A DNA stretch of 64,000 nt, taken from NCBI GenBank assembly GCA_018825665.1, contig JAHJEG010000040.1, forward strand, positions 14,897-78,896, written 5' to 3'. Position numbers and translations under genes: made by a program. This document shows, piece by piece, positions 1 through 9,921 of this stretch. The stretch comes from a bacterium. GTDB taxonomy: Bacteria > Campylobacterota > Campylobacteria > Campylobacterales > Sulfurimonadaceae. Within the stretch, counting starts at the first letter, position 1. Each line of letters starts with the position of its first letter. The notes below the pieces were generated by a model. It was not told where the DNA came from, did not search any database, and saw only the letters and a list, made by a program, of their open reading frames with translations.

Positions 1-730
1 TCAGGGGATGGTGCTCAAAGACGGTGCTAAAATGAGCAAGTCCAAAGGCAATACGGTCGATCCTGATGCACTTATAGAAAAATACGGTGCAGACACGGCA
101 AGACTATTTATCCTTTTTGCGGCACCTCCTACCCAGGAACTTGAATGGAATGACAGTGCGGTTGAGGGTGCATATAAGTTTATAAAAAGATTTTACGACC
201 GTTCATCCAACATAGTAAAAACGGATAAGATCCCATCCATTGCACATGCCAAGCTTGGCAAAGATGAGAAGTTCGCCAGAACAAAAGTTTATGAAGCCCT
301 TGTACGCGCAAACGACGTATATAGTGAAAGATATACTTTTAATACTATGATTGCAGGCGTGATGGAGGCGATGAATGCACTTAACGCACAGTCAAATCCT
401 GAGGTATGGACCGAAGCCTACTGGGTATTGACATCTATTATGGAGCCGGTGATTCCCCATGTATGTTGGCAGATAAGCAGTGAGAATTTTTCACTGGCCA
501 ATTTCACCTCACAGCAGGTCTTGGAAGAGGTTTTTGAGGTTGAGAGCATAAGGCTTGGAGTTTCTATTAACGGTAAAAGAAGATCCGAAATTGAAGTGGG
601 TATAGAAGAATCCAATGAAAATATCATAGCCATGGCCAAAGAGAGCACTGCAAAATGGCTCGAAGGCAAAACTATCGTAAAAGAGATAGTCGTACCTAAA
701 AAGTTAGTCAATATAGTCATTAAAGGGTAG
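1..730 (+). CDS. leuS: Leucyl-tRNA synthetase, C-terminal fragment (5' end lies outside the window)
   Basis: The frame is open from the window edge. It carries the class I aaRS KMSKS motif ([17 protein letters not shown]) followed by a LeuS-type anticodon-binding C-terminus. Stop codon at 728-730. Confidence 0.9.
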   Translation, partial: QGMVLKDGAKMSKSKGNTVDPDALIEKYGADTARLFILFAAPPTQELEWNDSAVEGAYKFIKRFYDRSSNIVKTDKIPSIAHAKLGKDEKFARTKVYEALVRANDVYSERYTFNTMIAGVMEAMNALNAQSNPEVWTEAYWVLTSIMEPVIPHVCWQISSENFSLANFTSQQVLEEVFEVESIRLGVSINGKRRSEIEVGIEESNENIIAMAKESTAKWLEGKTIVKEIVVPKKLVNIVIKG

Positions 731-732
731 CT

Positions 733-1254
733 TTGAAAACATTTCTTTATGCCGGAAAAATAGTTTTATTCTCTTTGATACTATTGTTCTTTTTGGCATG
801 TGGATATAAGCCGAGTTCCAAATTTTCCCGTGACATAGTCGGGCAAAAGATAAGCACGAGCGTGCTTATCTCGGCAGAGGACCCTGAAAATACCGTGCTT
901 GTAAAAGATGCGGTTGACAGTGCGATTATAGAAGTGTTTCATGCATCTCTGAGCGACAGAGAAAATGCGGATACACACTTGCTCTTGAGCATATCAAATC
1001 CCTCCTATTCCCCTATACAGTATGATTCAAACGGTTATGTTATCGCCTATAGAATGAGCATCACTTTAAGCATTACAAGAAGTCATGACGGCATCAGCAA
1101 ACATTATGCGGCAAAAGGCACTTATGACTTCAGCGTGCAGGCAAATGCGGTGGTGACGGACCAGGAACGGTTTGAAGCGATTAAATTCAGTGCGGCAAAA
1201 GCTATCTCATCTTTTTTAGCCCAAATCTCAGCAGAGGGTGCAAGGAGCAAATAA
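733..1254 (+). CDS. Small lipoprotein, LptE-like by position (directly after leuS)
   Basis: TTG start 2 nt after the leuS stop. Signal peptide with lipobox (LFFLAC-GYK), 173 aa. The leuS-lptE arrangement is conserved in many Gram-negatives. There is no strong motif beyond this. Confidence 0.45.
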   Translation: MKTFLYAGKIVLFSLILLFFLACGYKPSSKFSRDIVGQKISTSVLISAEDPENTVLVKDAVDSAIIEVFHASLSDRENADTHLLLSISNPSYSPIQYDSNGYVIAYRMSITLSITRSHDGISKHYAAKGTYDFSVQANAVVTDQERFEAIKFSAAKAISSFLAQISAEGARSK

Positions 1255-2802
1255 ATGACTATACAGGGAATTATTTCACGAGCGGTAAAACGTTTAGAAC
1301 TTGAAGGCAAGCTGCTTACTCCCGATTTTTATGCAGAGGCTTTTTGCAAGGAAGCAGATAAGGCAGGGATGAATGTACAAGACTGTCAGCACGTCGGTAA
1401 ACTCACAAAGACACTCAACAAAGAGTTTCAAAAAGAACTCACGCAGTACAGAATAAAGACCATGGCGGAGCTCAGCCGTTTTTTGATTTCAAAGATAAAC
1501 AGGACAAACCCTACCCAATGTACCCAGACTCTTGAAGCCCAAAGCATTTTTCTCAAAAGAATTTTGCAGGCAATAGGAGTTTTACATAATAAAGAGGCAA
1601 GTGAGCTGGCCAAAAAAAGTATAGAACTTCTAAACTCAAATCCAAGTGTTTCGCAAATTGAGCAGTTTAGACAATTATGGATTAATTTTCTCACCCTTTA
1701 TGATGACACCTTTTTAAACAAGCTGAAAGTTTTGGGGGATATCGATGCGAACGATCTGAAAAAAACGGTAGAGAACTTAAACCTATCCGTTTCTTCTTCC
1801 GAAAAACTGGCAAGCAGTATGGAATTATCAAAGATCTCCTCTTTGCTCATTTCGTCCCTGGTTCCATCCATTGCGTCAAGCGTCAATGAACAGATAGCCT
1901 CTCTAAGTCAAAAAATACGGGAAAACCCATCTCTTTTGGATAGCGTAAGCGTAGCTGAAGAGATCAAAGCGGCGATAAGTCTCAGAATCGCACTTGATAA
2001 AGAGAGCGTAACCGAGATGATACGCTCCCTTGATGGAGTGTTGGACAAACTCTCTTTGAGACTTATTGATATGATTGAGAGTTCGGACAGCTCCACCATA
2101 GAGATTCAAAAGATAAAAAAAGAACTGGAGTCCTATAACACGGAGTCAATATCAAACTTTAAAGTTGCACACAAAAAGCTTTTTACAATCGCCGTTGCCC
2201 TGGAGGAAAATACTCAAATTTTGAGTAAAGACTTAAAAGAGCACAGCAATGAAGTGAAGATGCTCAGTAAAAAGATTGAACTGCTCGAAGATGAGTTGGC
2301 AAAGGCAAAAGAGGAGTCAAAAGAGGACTTCCTGACGAAGCTCTATAACAAGAGGGCATTGGATGAGTTCTTGTCAATCAAAGAAGCAGAATTCGGAAGA
2401 TATGGACATAATTTTTCTATTGTATTTTTTGATATAGACCACTTCAAAGCCGTCAATGACACCTTCGGGCATGAGGCCGGGGATGCCGTCTTGAGCGCAT
2501 TTGCGCAAATCCTTAAAAAAGAGTGCAGGAGCGTTGATGTCGTAGGGAGATTCGGCGGAGAAGAGTTTATGGCAATACTCAGTGAAACCGATACAAAAGG
2601 CGGAGTTATCTTTGCGGAGAAAGTCAGACAACATGTGCAAAAAGCACGTTTTATGTACAAGGGAGAGAGAATCGCAGTGACCGTCAGTTCGGGTGTCTCT
2701 GAGAGAAAAAAACACGCTTCTGTTCAAAATGTCGTCAATTCGGCGGATGAATATCTTTATAAAGCCAAGAAAGACGGTCGAAACCAGGTCGCATACAAGT
2801 AG
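1255..2802 (+). CDS. Diguanylate cyclase with a long coiled-coil N-terminal region and a C-terminal GGDEF domain
   Basis: C-terminal GGDEF domain: FFDIDHFKAVNDTFGHEAGD ... RFGGEEFMAIL ... ADEYLYKAKKDGRNQV. ATG immediately follows the upstream stop. Confidence 0.85.
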   Translation: MTIQGIISRAVKRLELEGKLLTPDFYAEAFCKEADKAGMNVQDCQHVGKLTKTLNKEFQKELTQYRIKTMAELSRFLISKINRTNPTQCTQTLEAQSIFLKRILQAIGVLHNKEASELAKKSIELLNSNPSVSQIEQFRQLWINFLTLYDDTFLNKLKVLGDIDANDLKKTVENLNLSVSSSEKLASSMELSKISSLLISSLVPSIASSVNEQIASLSQKIRENPSLLDSVSVAEEIKAAISLRIALDKESVTEMIRSLDGVLDKLSLRLIDMIESSDSSTIEIQKIKKELESYNTESISNFKVAHKKLFTIAVALEENTQILSKDLKEHSNEVKMLSKKIELLEDELAKAKEESKEDFLTKLYNKRALDEFLSIKEAEFGRYGHNFSIVFFDIDHFKAVNDTFGHEAGDAVLSAFAQILKKECRSVDVVGRFGGEEFMAILSETDTKGGVIFAEKVRQHVQKARFMYKGERIAVTVSSGVSERKKHASVQNVVNSADEYLYKAKKDGRNQVAYK

Positions 2803-2804
2803 CT

Positions 2805-3950
2805 ATGTTACAGCATTTTCTTGATAACAAGCCGCTCTATTATGATGAAATAGATTATACGCGCATGCCAAGAGTGTATGAAAAGATAAAATCCCATATC
2901 AGGCTTCCGGAGATTATCCATATTATCGGAACCAATGGCAAGGGCACCACAGGCAGATTCTTGGCTTCTGCACTGCATGCAAAAGGTTTTAATACGGGGC
3001 ATTACACCTCTCCCCACATTCTGCGTTTCAATGAAAGAATCTGGCTCAACGGTGAAAATGCAAGTGATGAAATGCTCGATGCGATACATAAAGAGTTGCA
3101 GGCTCTTTTGAGTGATGAAGATGCCTCGGCTCTGAGCTATTTCGAGTACACGACATTTTTGGCAATGATGCTCTACCGCGAGTGTGACTATGTCGTTTTA
3201 GAAGCAGGACTAGGAGGGGAATACGATGCAACGGCAGTCTTTGCAAAACTCTTGACACTTGTCACCCCTATAGATATAGACCATGAAGCATTTTTGGGTA
3301 CAGATATAAAACAGATTGCCACGACAAAACTCAATGCGATGCAAAAAAACATGATTCTCGGATATCAAAAATATGAGGATGTCTATGAGATTGCCTGTGA
3401 AATAGCCCGAGACAAAGATGCGAAAGTATCCAAAGTCTCCGAACTTCTCACAGAAGACGATCTCAAAAACATACAAGAGATTTCTCAAGATTTAAAACTT
3501 GTACCTTATCTGCAAGAGAATCTTATGCTGAGTATCAGCGCTTTGAAGTTTTTAGAACTGCAATATTCCCCGGCGGATTTTAAAGATGCAAAGCTCTTTG
3601 GAAGACTGAGTGCAATAGGTGAGAATATTTTGCTTGATGTCGGGCATAACCCTTTGGCAGCCAAATCGATACTCAAGGCATTGGAAGGTACAAAATATAC
3701 CCTGGTTTACAACAGCTACAAAGACAAAAACTACAAAGAGATTCTTGCTATTTTAAAGCCGATAATACAAAGCGTTGAAATAATAGATGTTTATGATGCC
3801 AGAATTGAATCAAAAGCCTTGCTTCAAAGAACTTTAAAAGATTTGAAGATAGAATACAGTGCATTTGAAAAAGTAAATCCACATGCCAGATATCTGGTGT
3901 TTGGCTCTTTTAGTGTTGCAGAAGCATTCTTAAAGGCTCTCGATGAATAA
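2805..3950 (+). CDS. folC: Folylpolyglutamate synthase / dihydrofolate synthase
   Basis: Mur-ligase P-loop IIGTNGKGTT and the FolC signature YTSPHILRFNERI. Length is 381 aa. Confidence 0.85.
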   Translation: MLQHFLDNKPLYYDEIDYTRMPRVYEKIKSHIRLPEIIHIIGTNGKGTTGRFLASALHAKGFNTGHYTSPHILRFNERIWLNGENASDEMLDAIHKELQALLSDEDASALSYFEYTTFLAMMLYRECDYVVLEAGLGGEYDATAVFAKLLTLVTPIDIDHEAFLGTDIKQIATTKLNAMQKNMILGYQKYEDVYEIACEIARDKDAKVSKVSELLTEDDLKNIQEISQDLKLVPYLQENLMLSISALKFLELQYSPADFKDAKLFGRLSAIGENILLDVGHNPLAAKSILKALEGTKYTLVYNSYKDKNYKEILAILKPIIQSVEIIDVYDARIESKALLQRTLKDLKIEYSAFEKVNPHARYLVFGSFSVAEAFLKALDE

Positions 3951-4884
3951 TCACTTTACTATCACCATAAATGATGATAACGGGGTCAAACAGTTTAACC
4001 TGCACCATTTTGTAAAAAAAGCTATTTTTTACGGAAGTGTTTTTTTGGGCGTAATCGTTTTGGGTGCAATCGCGACTATTCTATATCTCGATTATTCAGT
4101 AGACAAGCTCGAAGACAAGCGTGCAGAGATAGAACTTGCCTATATGGATTTAAGGCAAAAGAATGAGGAGCTTGATAAAAGCGTCAAAAAGACCCAGGAT
4201 GTCCTTGAACTGAAAAAACAGGAGCTTGAAGAGCTCTCAGATTCTTTATCTGAAATAGAGACGATGATAGGAATCTCCCCCTCGCAGAACAGTGACCTGG
4301 CCGAGCGCGCGAATATTACAAAATTAAATTCAGAACAGATGGTGACGCTGTTGCAGTTTATACCAAACGGTTCACCTCTTGCATACAAGGGGATTACAAG
4401 TAAATTTGGCTACAGAATCCATCCAACCCTCAACACAAAAGAGTTTCACAGAGGAAGTGATTTAAAAGCCAAGATGAATACGCCGGTGTACGCAACGGCG
4501 GATGGGATTGTTGAGTATTCGGGGCTTCACGAAAAAAGCGGATACGGCAAACTTGTGATTTTGCAGCACAATTATGGATTTAAAACATATTTCGGGCATT
4601 TAAACAAGCTTGTGGTAAAATCAGGCGAGTTTGTAAAAAAAGGTGATATGCTCGCATATTCAGGCAATTCCGGGATGAGTAACGGGCCGCACCTTCATTA
4701 TGAGATAAGGTTTATTTCACGCGCGCTGAATCCTTACTGGTTTATCAAATGGAATATAAAAAACTACAATGAAATTTTTGAAAAGGAAATGAAAATACCA
4801 TGGCAATCTTTAATAACGGCAACAGCACACACAAAGGTTCACAAACCGACACAAACACCACTATTATCACTTCAGGATCAGTAA
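3943..4884 (+). CDS. M23 (LytM-type) metallopeptidase, membrane anchored, with coiled coil (Csd1-like)
   Basis: N-terminal TM helix and coiled coil. M23 metal ligand motifs HRGSDL (HxxxD) and GPHLHYEIR (HxH). Overlaps the folC stop by 8 nt. Confidence 0.85.
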   Translation: MNNHFTITINDDNGVKQFNLHHFVKKAIFYGSVFLGVIVLGAIATILYLDYSVDKLEDKRAEIELAYMDLRQKNEELDKSVKKTQDVLELKKQELEELSDSLSEIETMIGISPSQNSDLAERANITKLNSEQMVTLLQFIPNGSPLAYKGITSKFGYRIHPTLNTKEFHRGSDLKAKMNTPVYATADGIVEYSGLHEKSGYGKLVILQHNYGFKTYFGHLNKLVVKSGEFVKKGDMLAYSGNSGMSNGPHLHYEIRFISRALNPYWFIKWNIKNYNEIFEKEMKIPWQSLITATAHTKVHKPTQTPLLSLQDQ

Positions 4885-5216
4885 TCAAAGGGGAGATGAA
4901 CCTCTCCTGTAATCTCTATGTTGATGGTGAGTTTGAAGGTGTGATACATTCTGAAAAAGAGATAAACATCGGCTTGAACGGGCATATAAAGGGTGAGGTC
5001 GTTGCTAAAAGACTGGTGGTGCAAGGGTATATTGAGGGCAGTATCAATGCCCAAAGAGTTGAGATAAAAGCAAACGGCAGAATAAGCGGCAATGTAGAGT
5101 CTGCAGAGCTTGTAATCGAGACCAAGGGTATTTTTGAGGGGAACAGCATCGTCAAAAATGCACAGCCGGCCCCCGTTCAGGCCCAAATTACCAAAGAGAT
5201 AAGCTCTCAAAACTAG
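4800..5216 (+). CDS. ccmA: Bactofilin (CcmA-like polymer-forming cytoskeletal protein)
   Basis: MAIFNNGN start. Bactofilin beta-helix repeat pattern: TIITSGSVIKGEMNLSCNLYVDGEFEGVI ... VVQGYIEGSI ... GRISGNVESAELVIETKGIFEG. Sits next to an M23 peptidase, as in helical-shape loci. Confidence 0.8.
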   Translation: MAIFNNGNSTHKGSQTDTNTTIITSGSVIKGEMNLSCNLYVDGEFEGVIHSEKEINIGLNGHIKGEVVAKRLVVQGYIEGSINAQRVEIKANGRISGNVESAELVIETKGIFEGNSIVKNAQPAPVQAQITKEISSQN

Positions 5217-5230
5217 GTTTTAACTTTTCC

Positions 5231-5239
5231 TGCTAGAAT
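5231..5239 (+). promoter_or_regulatory. Extended -10 promoter element TGCTAGAAT upstream of mfd
   Basis: TGn+TAGAAT lies 27 nt upstream of the mfd ATG. An AGGGA Shine-Dalgarno sits between them. This is the typical epsilonproteobacterial extended -10 type. Confidence 0.45.
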
Positions 5240-5265
5240 GTCAGCATTAAAAAATTAGGGAAACA

Positions 5266-8256
5266 ATGTCACAAAGCTCTTTATTTGAATACTTTAAACT
5301 AAACAATAATCAGGATCTGGAAATTTTGGTTTGTGAGGATTCCAAAGAAGCCCACGAACTTGAGAGTGTTGCGAAATTTTTTGCCAGGGATGTTATGGTT
5401 TTTCCCGATTTTCGTCCAAGCTTCGGCGATGATCTGAGGGTCTATAAAGAGGAACTTCATCAACTTTTTTCAAAATTGAGAGTGTATTATACTTCCAAAA
5501 AAAAGCCGCTTATTATCTCCCCTTTGAAAACATTGCTTTTCCACATGCCAAAAGAAGAACTCCTCAAGTCAAGGACTCTGGAATTTGGCGCAAAAATACA
5601 ACTCAATACATTTAAAGAAGAGATGCTTTTTTGGGGATACAATTTTGTGGATATGGTCCAAGTTGCAGGCGAGATTTCACATCGCGGCGATATTATCGAT
5701 ATCTACGCACCCTCCGCCGAATTTCCAATCCGTATCTCTTTGTTTGATGATGAGATAGAACAGATCAAGTTTTTTGAGCTTGAGTCTCAAAGAACACAGC
5801 CCGAAGAACTTGAGAGTTTTGAAATAACACCGGCTTTTTATTCTCTTGATGAAACCTCTTTTAATACGCTTAAGATGAAGGTGGAAAATTCCGAATTTGA
5901 CTCTTTGGTAAAAGATATCGCATCTTTGGGATTTTGGTATCTTGCGGACAATGCGGTAAATTTTTTACAAGGCAAAAATACAAGACTCAGCAGAAATCTT
6001 GAGAACATCCTAAAAGATGCCTACGGCATAAATAAACCCCAGGTCCCAAGAGAGAGTTTCAATCTCGAACTGCTGCCAGATACGGACGATTATAAAGAGC
6101 TGGTCGTAGCGGATCTCGCTTCGCTTTTAAAAGTACATAAAGATAAAAAAATCACAATTATTGCAGCCAACAAGGCGGTGATGAAGCAAGCGGGCATATT
6201 CAACCTTGATAACATCAAAGAGGTGTATGCACCCTATATTTTAAATATCATCTCAAAAGACGAACTGATAATCTCTTTGAACAAGCCTGATAAAAAACGA
6301 CGACGAAGAAAAAGCTCTATCCTCCTTGATGACCTCAAAGCTGGTGATTATGTCGTGCATGAAGATTACGGCGTAGGGATTTTCGAAAAGATTGAACAGG
6401 CTGAAATACTGGGCGGGGTAAAAGATTTCATAGTAATCAAGTACGTAGGCGATGACAAGATCCTGCTCCCTGTTGAAAACCTTGATTTTATAGACAGGTA
6501 TATCGCTTCGGGCGGTTCAACCCCTGTTCTTGACAGACTCGGCAAGGGAAGTTTTGCCAAACTCAAAGACAAGGTGAAAAAACGACTCTTTGAGATAGCC
6601 GGAGCGATTGTAAATACGGCCGCGGCAAGACAGCTTATCAAGGCTCCAAAGTTCAGTGTGGATACAAAAGAGCTCAAAGAGTTTCAGGCACTTTCGGGCT
6701 TTGAATATACGGATGATCAGACCCAGTCGGTTGAGGAGATAATCTCTCAAATGGAATCCGGGCATATCATGGACAGACTCCTTAGCGGGGATGTCGGTTT
6801 TGGAAAAACCGAAGTTGCCATGAATACCATCTTCGCAGCATACAAGTCAGGGTACCAATCGGCACTTATCGTCCCAACCACGCTTCTCTCCGCCCAGCAT
6901 TACCGCTCATTGGCAGAGAGATTTGACGCTCTTGGCATCAAAGTATCCAAGCTTGACAGATTTGTAAGCACCAAAGAGAAGACAAATATCATCAAAGCCC
7001 TGGCTTTGGGAGAACTTGACGCCGTTGTAGGCACCCATGCACTCTTTGGTCTGGAGTTTAAAAAACTGGGTGTGGTCATTATCGATGAGGAACATAAATT
7101 CGGGGTGAAACAAAAAGAGAAGATAAAAGAGCTTTATCATAATGTGCATCTTCTTTCCATGAGTGCCACACCGATTCCCCGTTCACTCAATCAGGCGCTA
7201 AGCTCCATCAAGACCATGTCCCAGCTCCTCACCCCTCCAAGTGACAGACAGCCGGTGAGAACATTTGTAAAAGAGTATGAGGAAAAACTCATAAAAGAGG
7301 TGATCTTAAGAGAAATCCGCCGTGGCGGTCAGGTCTTTTACGTGCATAACTCGATTGACCATATGCCGATTAAACTTGGAGAGCTTAAAGCTTTGCTCCC
7401 TGAACTAAGAGTAGTGATGCTTCACTCGAAGATATCGGCGGTAGAGACTGAAAAAGAGCTTCTTAAATTTGAAGAAGGAAAGTATGACCTGATGCTTGCA
7501 ACCTCTATCATCGAATCCGGAATCCACATGCCAAGGGTAAACACCATCATCGTCGATGGGGCAGACAGGTTCGGTATAGCGGACCTGCATCAGTTACGCG
7601 GCCGTGTCGGACGGGGGCATGCTGAGGGATTTGCGTATTTTATTGTGGAAAATAAAGAAAACCTTACAGATGAAGCCAAAAAACGTTTGCTGGCCCTTGA
7701 ATCAAACTCCTTTTTGGGAAGCGGTTCCGTTTTAGCCTATCATGACCTTGAGATCAGGGGTGGCGGCAATTTGGTCGGAGATGCCCAAAGCGGACATATA
7801 AAAAATATAGGTTACTCCCTCTATCTCAGAATGCTCGAAGACGCGATAAAAGAGCTTAGCAATACAAAAGAGAGCGAGAGAGCCAAAGTGGATATCAAAC
7901 TCACCATCTCTGCATATATCTCCGATGAGGTTGTAAAAGAGGACAGACTCCGTTTGGATATCTACAGACGACTCTCCCAGTGTGAGAGTTCTGTTGAGAT
8001 CTATGAGATAGAAGAGGAAGTGATAGACAGATTCGGCGAGCTGGATAATCCAACCAAACAATTTTTTGAACTGATGGTGATTAAACTTTTGAGTTTGGAA
8101 AAAAAGATAAAAAGCATTACAAACTATGGACAAAGTATCACTTTTACATATACAAATGAATCAAAAGAGAGCATAAAATCCGACAGCAAAGATGATGATG
8201 ACGTTATAAAAGCGGTGCTCTTTTATCTAAGAAATAATAAACCAAAGGTTTTATAA
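5266..8256 (+). CDS. mfd: Transcription-repair coupling factor
   Basis: 996 aa. RNAP-interaction/CarD-like region (GDYVVHEDYGVGIF), Walker A GDVGFGKTEVAM, DEEH box IIDEEHKFG, motif VI QLRGRVGR, and a TRCF C-terminal domain. Confidence 0.95.
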   Translation: MSQSSLFEYFKLNNNQDLEILVCEDSKEAHELESVAKFFARDVMVFPDFRPSFGDDLRVYKEELHQLFSKLRVYYTSKKKPLIISPLKTLLFHMPKEELLKSRTLEFGAKIQLNTFKEEMLFWGYNFVDMVQVAGEISHRGDIIDIYAPSAEFPIRISLFDDEIEQIKFFELESQRTQPEELESFEITPAFYSLDETSFNTLKMKVENSEFDSLVKDIASLGFWYLADNAVNFLQGKNTRLSRNLENILKDAYGINKPQVPRESFNLELLPDTDDYKELVVADLASLLKVHKDKKITIIAANKAVMKQAGIFNLDNIKEVYAPYILNIISKDELIISLNKPDKKRRRRKSSILLDDLKAGDYVVHEDYGVGIFEKIEQAEILGGVKDFIVIKYVGDDKILLPVENLDFIDRYIASGGSTPVLDRLGKGSFAKLKDKVKKRLFEIAGAIVNTAAARQLIKAPKFSVDTKELKEFQALSGFEYTDDQTQSVEEIISQMESGHIMDRLLSGDVGFGKTEVAMNTIFAAYKSGYQSALIVPTTLLSAQHYRSLAERFDALGIKVSKLDRFVSTKEKTNIIKALALGELDAVVGTHALFGLEFKKLGVVIIDEEHKFGVKQKEKIKELYHNVHLLSMSATPIPRSLNQALSSIKTMSQLLTPPSDRQPVRTFVKEYEEKLIKEVILREIRRGGQVFYVHNSIDHMPIKLGELKALLPELRVVMLHSKISAVETEKELLKFEEGKYDLMLATSIIESGIHMPRVNTIIVDGADRFGIADLHQLRGRVGRGHAEGFAYFIVENKENLTDEAKKRLLALESNSFLGSGSVLAYHDLEIRGGGNLVGDAQSGHIKNIGYSLYLRMLEDAIKELSNTKESERAKVDIKLTISAYISDEVVKEDRLRLDIYRRLSQCESSVEIYEIEEEVIDRFGELDNPTKQFFELMVIKLLSLEKKIKSITNYGQSITFTYTNESKESIKSDSKDDDDVIKAVLFYLRNNKPKVL

Positions 8257-8258
8257 AC

Positions 8259-9068
8259 ATGAGAATAGCATTTATCGGTGATATAGTAGGGCGCCCCGGC
8301 CGTGTTATGTGTGAGACATATTTAAAAAAAATCAGAGATGAGCACAAGGTGGATTTTGTAATCGCAAATTATGAGAATGCTTCCCACGGTTTCGGACTGA
8401 CTGCCAAAAATGCCGCTGAACTTGCGGCATGTGGAATCGATGTGATGAGCGGCGGAAACCACAGCTGGGATAAAAAAGACATTTTGCCTTTATTTGATAC
8501 GCATGAGATTCTGCGTCCGCACAATTATCCCGATGAACTTCCCGGAACCGGCTGTAAGGTTTATGATGTAGCAGGTGAAAAACTGGCTGTACTCAATCTT
8601 ATGGGGCACTACTCCATGCCTTATTCGGACAATGCTTTTCGGTGTGCCAAGAGTACAGTAGAATCCCTGCACAGCCAGGGCATTCAAAATATATTTATAG
8701 ATTTTCACGCCGAAGCGACAAGCGAGAAAAGGGCTATGATGATGCTGCTTCAGGGCAGTGTCAATGCGATTATAGGAACACACACGCATGTCAGCACAGA
8801 TGATTTTCAAATAGCTCAGGGTACGGCATATCTGAGTGACATAGGGCTTAGCGGATGTAGAGACAATGTGATCGGCATGGATAAACAGGTTCCTTTAAAA
8901 CAGTTTTTGACTGGGATGAAAGGGCATTTTGATATACCAAAATCATGCAGAAAAATTCTACAGATAGCAATTATGGATTTTAGTGAAGGGGTTTGCGAGA
9001 GAGCCTTTAAGTTGAAATATTTTGACGATGGCCGTATCTTAAGAACAGATGCCTGGATTGAAAGCTGA
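8259..9068 (+). CDS. YmdB-like calcineurin-type metallophosphoesterase (TIGR00282 type)
   Basis: MRIAFIGDIVGRPGR, ANYENASHGFG, GGNHSWD, DFHAEATSEK and GTHTHV motifs. Length is 269 aa. Confidence 0.8.
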   Translation: MRIAFIGDIVGRPGRVMCETYLKKIRDEHKVDFVIANYENASHGFGLTAKNAAELAACGIDVMSGGNHSWDKKDILPLFDTHEILRPHNYPDELPGTGCKVYDVAGEKLAVLNLMGHYSMPYSDNAFRCAKSTVESLHSQGIQNIFIDFHAEATSEKRAMMMLLQGSVNAIIGTHTHVSTDDFQIAQGTAYLSDIGLSGCRDNVIGMDKQVPLKQFLTGMKGHFDIPKSCRKILQIAIMDFSEGVCERAFKLKYFDDGRILRTDAWIES

Positions 9069-9131
9069 TAGATTTATTTTATATTAACAGTTAATGTTAT
9101 AACATACTCCAATAAAAAAAAAGGGCTATAG

Positions 9132-9920
9132 ATGCTAAGAATAGTTTTGTCAGTTTTAATGATGTTTGCTGTATCGCATGCGAGTGATTACGAGCGTGCG
9201 AATGCGGCGGCAAAAGAGGCGTTGCAGGGTTTGGATTGTGATTTTGGTGATTGTCCAAAAGAAGAGGTGAAACCGCAGGTAATCGTGAAAGAAAAAGTTA
9301 TTTATGTGGATAAACCCGTCGTTGTGGAAAAAGTGGTTGAAAAAGTCGTATACAAAGAAAAAGCCGAACCTGAGCTAATCCCTGCTCCGCAAAAAGCAGA
9401 CTCCGATAAAGCTGTAGAAGGAAGAACATACAACAAAGCTTTTTTTGATGTACATTCAAAAAGCCAGGCACCGATGCTGGATTATATCAAATACAGCAAT
9501 AGAGGTTCGTTTGATATTGAACAGTTTGCAGATACGGTCAGTAAAATAAAAGAAAAAGACGCAAACGTATATATTCACGGTTCTCTTGAGGTGCCTGATT
9601 CAATCACGACCGAGCAGGTGTATATGAATGTGGGTCAAAAGTATTATTACTCTTACTACAGTTACTGGACGAAAGAGATCTATTATAACAACTCAAAAAC
9701 AAGACAGAATTCCGATTATTTTTTGGTGAATGTAAAAAAAGACAATGCAGGAAACAGATATGTTGATTATAAAATCTATGTGCATTTGGACAGTCCGTGG
9801 ACGATAACTCCGGCAGAGATGAATGTGGCACCAAATACATATTTCTTTCAAATGGCTCCAAAAACCAGAGGCTTTAAAAATCAATTTGTTAAGGTTAAAC
9901 CTTATATAGCTGAAGAGTAG
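9132..9920 (+). CDS. Secreted protein of unknown function
   Basis: Cleavable-looking signal peptide (MLRIVLSVLMMFAVSHA). V/K/E-rich repetitive linker (VIVKEKVIYVDKPVVVEKVVEKVVYKEK). Tyr-rich C-terminal domain. No recognisable catalytic motif. Confidence 0.5.
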   Translation: MLRIVLSVLMMFAVSHASDYERANAAAKEALQGLDCDFGDCPKEEVKPQVIVKEKVIYVDKPVVVEKVVEKVVYKEKAEPELIPAPQKADSDKAVEGRTYNKAFFDVHSKSQAPMLDYIKYSNRGSFDIEQFADTVSKIKEKDANVYIHGSLEVPDSITTEQVYMNVGQKYYYSYYSYWTKEIYYNNSKTRQNSDYFLVNVKKDNAGNRYVDYKIYVHLDSPWTITPAEMNVAPNTYFFQMAPKTRGFKNQFVKVKPYIAEE

Positions 9921-9921
9921 T

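Noticed and set aside
9084-9094. Palindrome TTAACaGTTAA downstream of ymdB, reminiscent of NssR/FNR half-sites
   Set aside because: The spacer is 1 nt rather than 4, so it cannot be a Crp/Fnr-family dimer site. It is more likely part of a weak terminator or chance symmetry.
9114-9122. A9 run just upstream of the 9132 start, plus other A/T runs of 8-9 nt (for example 36635-36643 in mlaF and 38681-38688 in pepP) as possible phase-variable tracts
   Set aside because: These are short A/T runs in an AT-rich genome that mostly encode Lys or sit in SD regions. There are no long G/C homopolymers of the kind used for phase variation in Campylobacter and Helicobacter. Only the dnaX A10 run has suggestive out-of-frame stop geometry.
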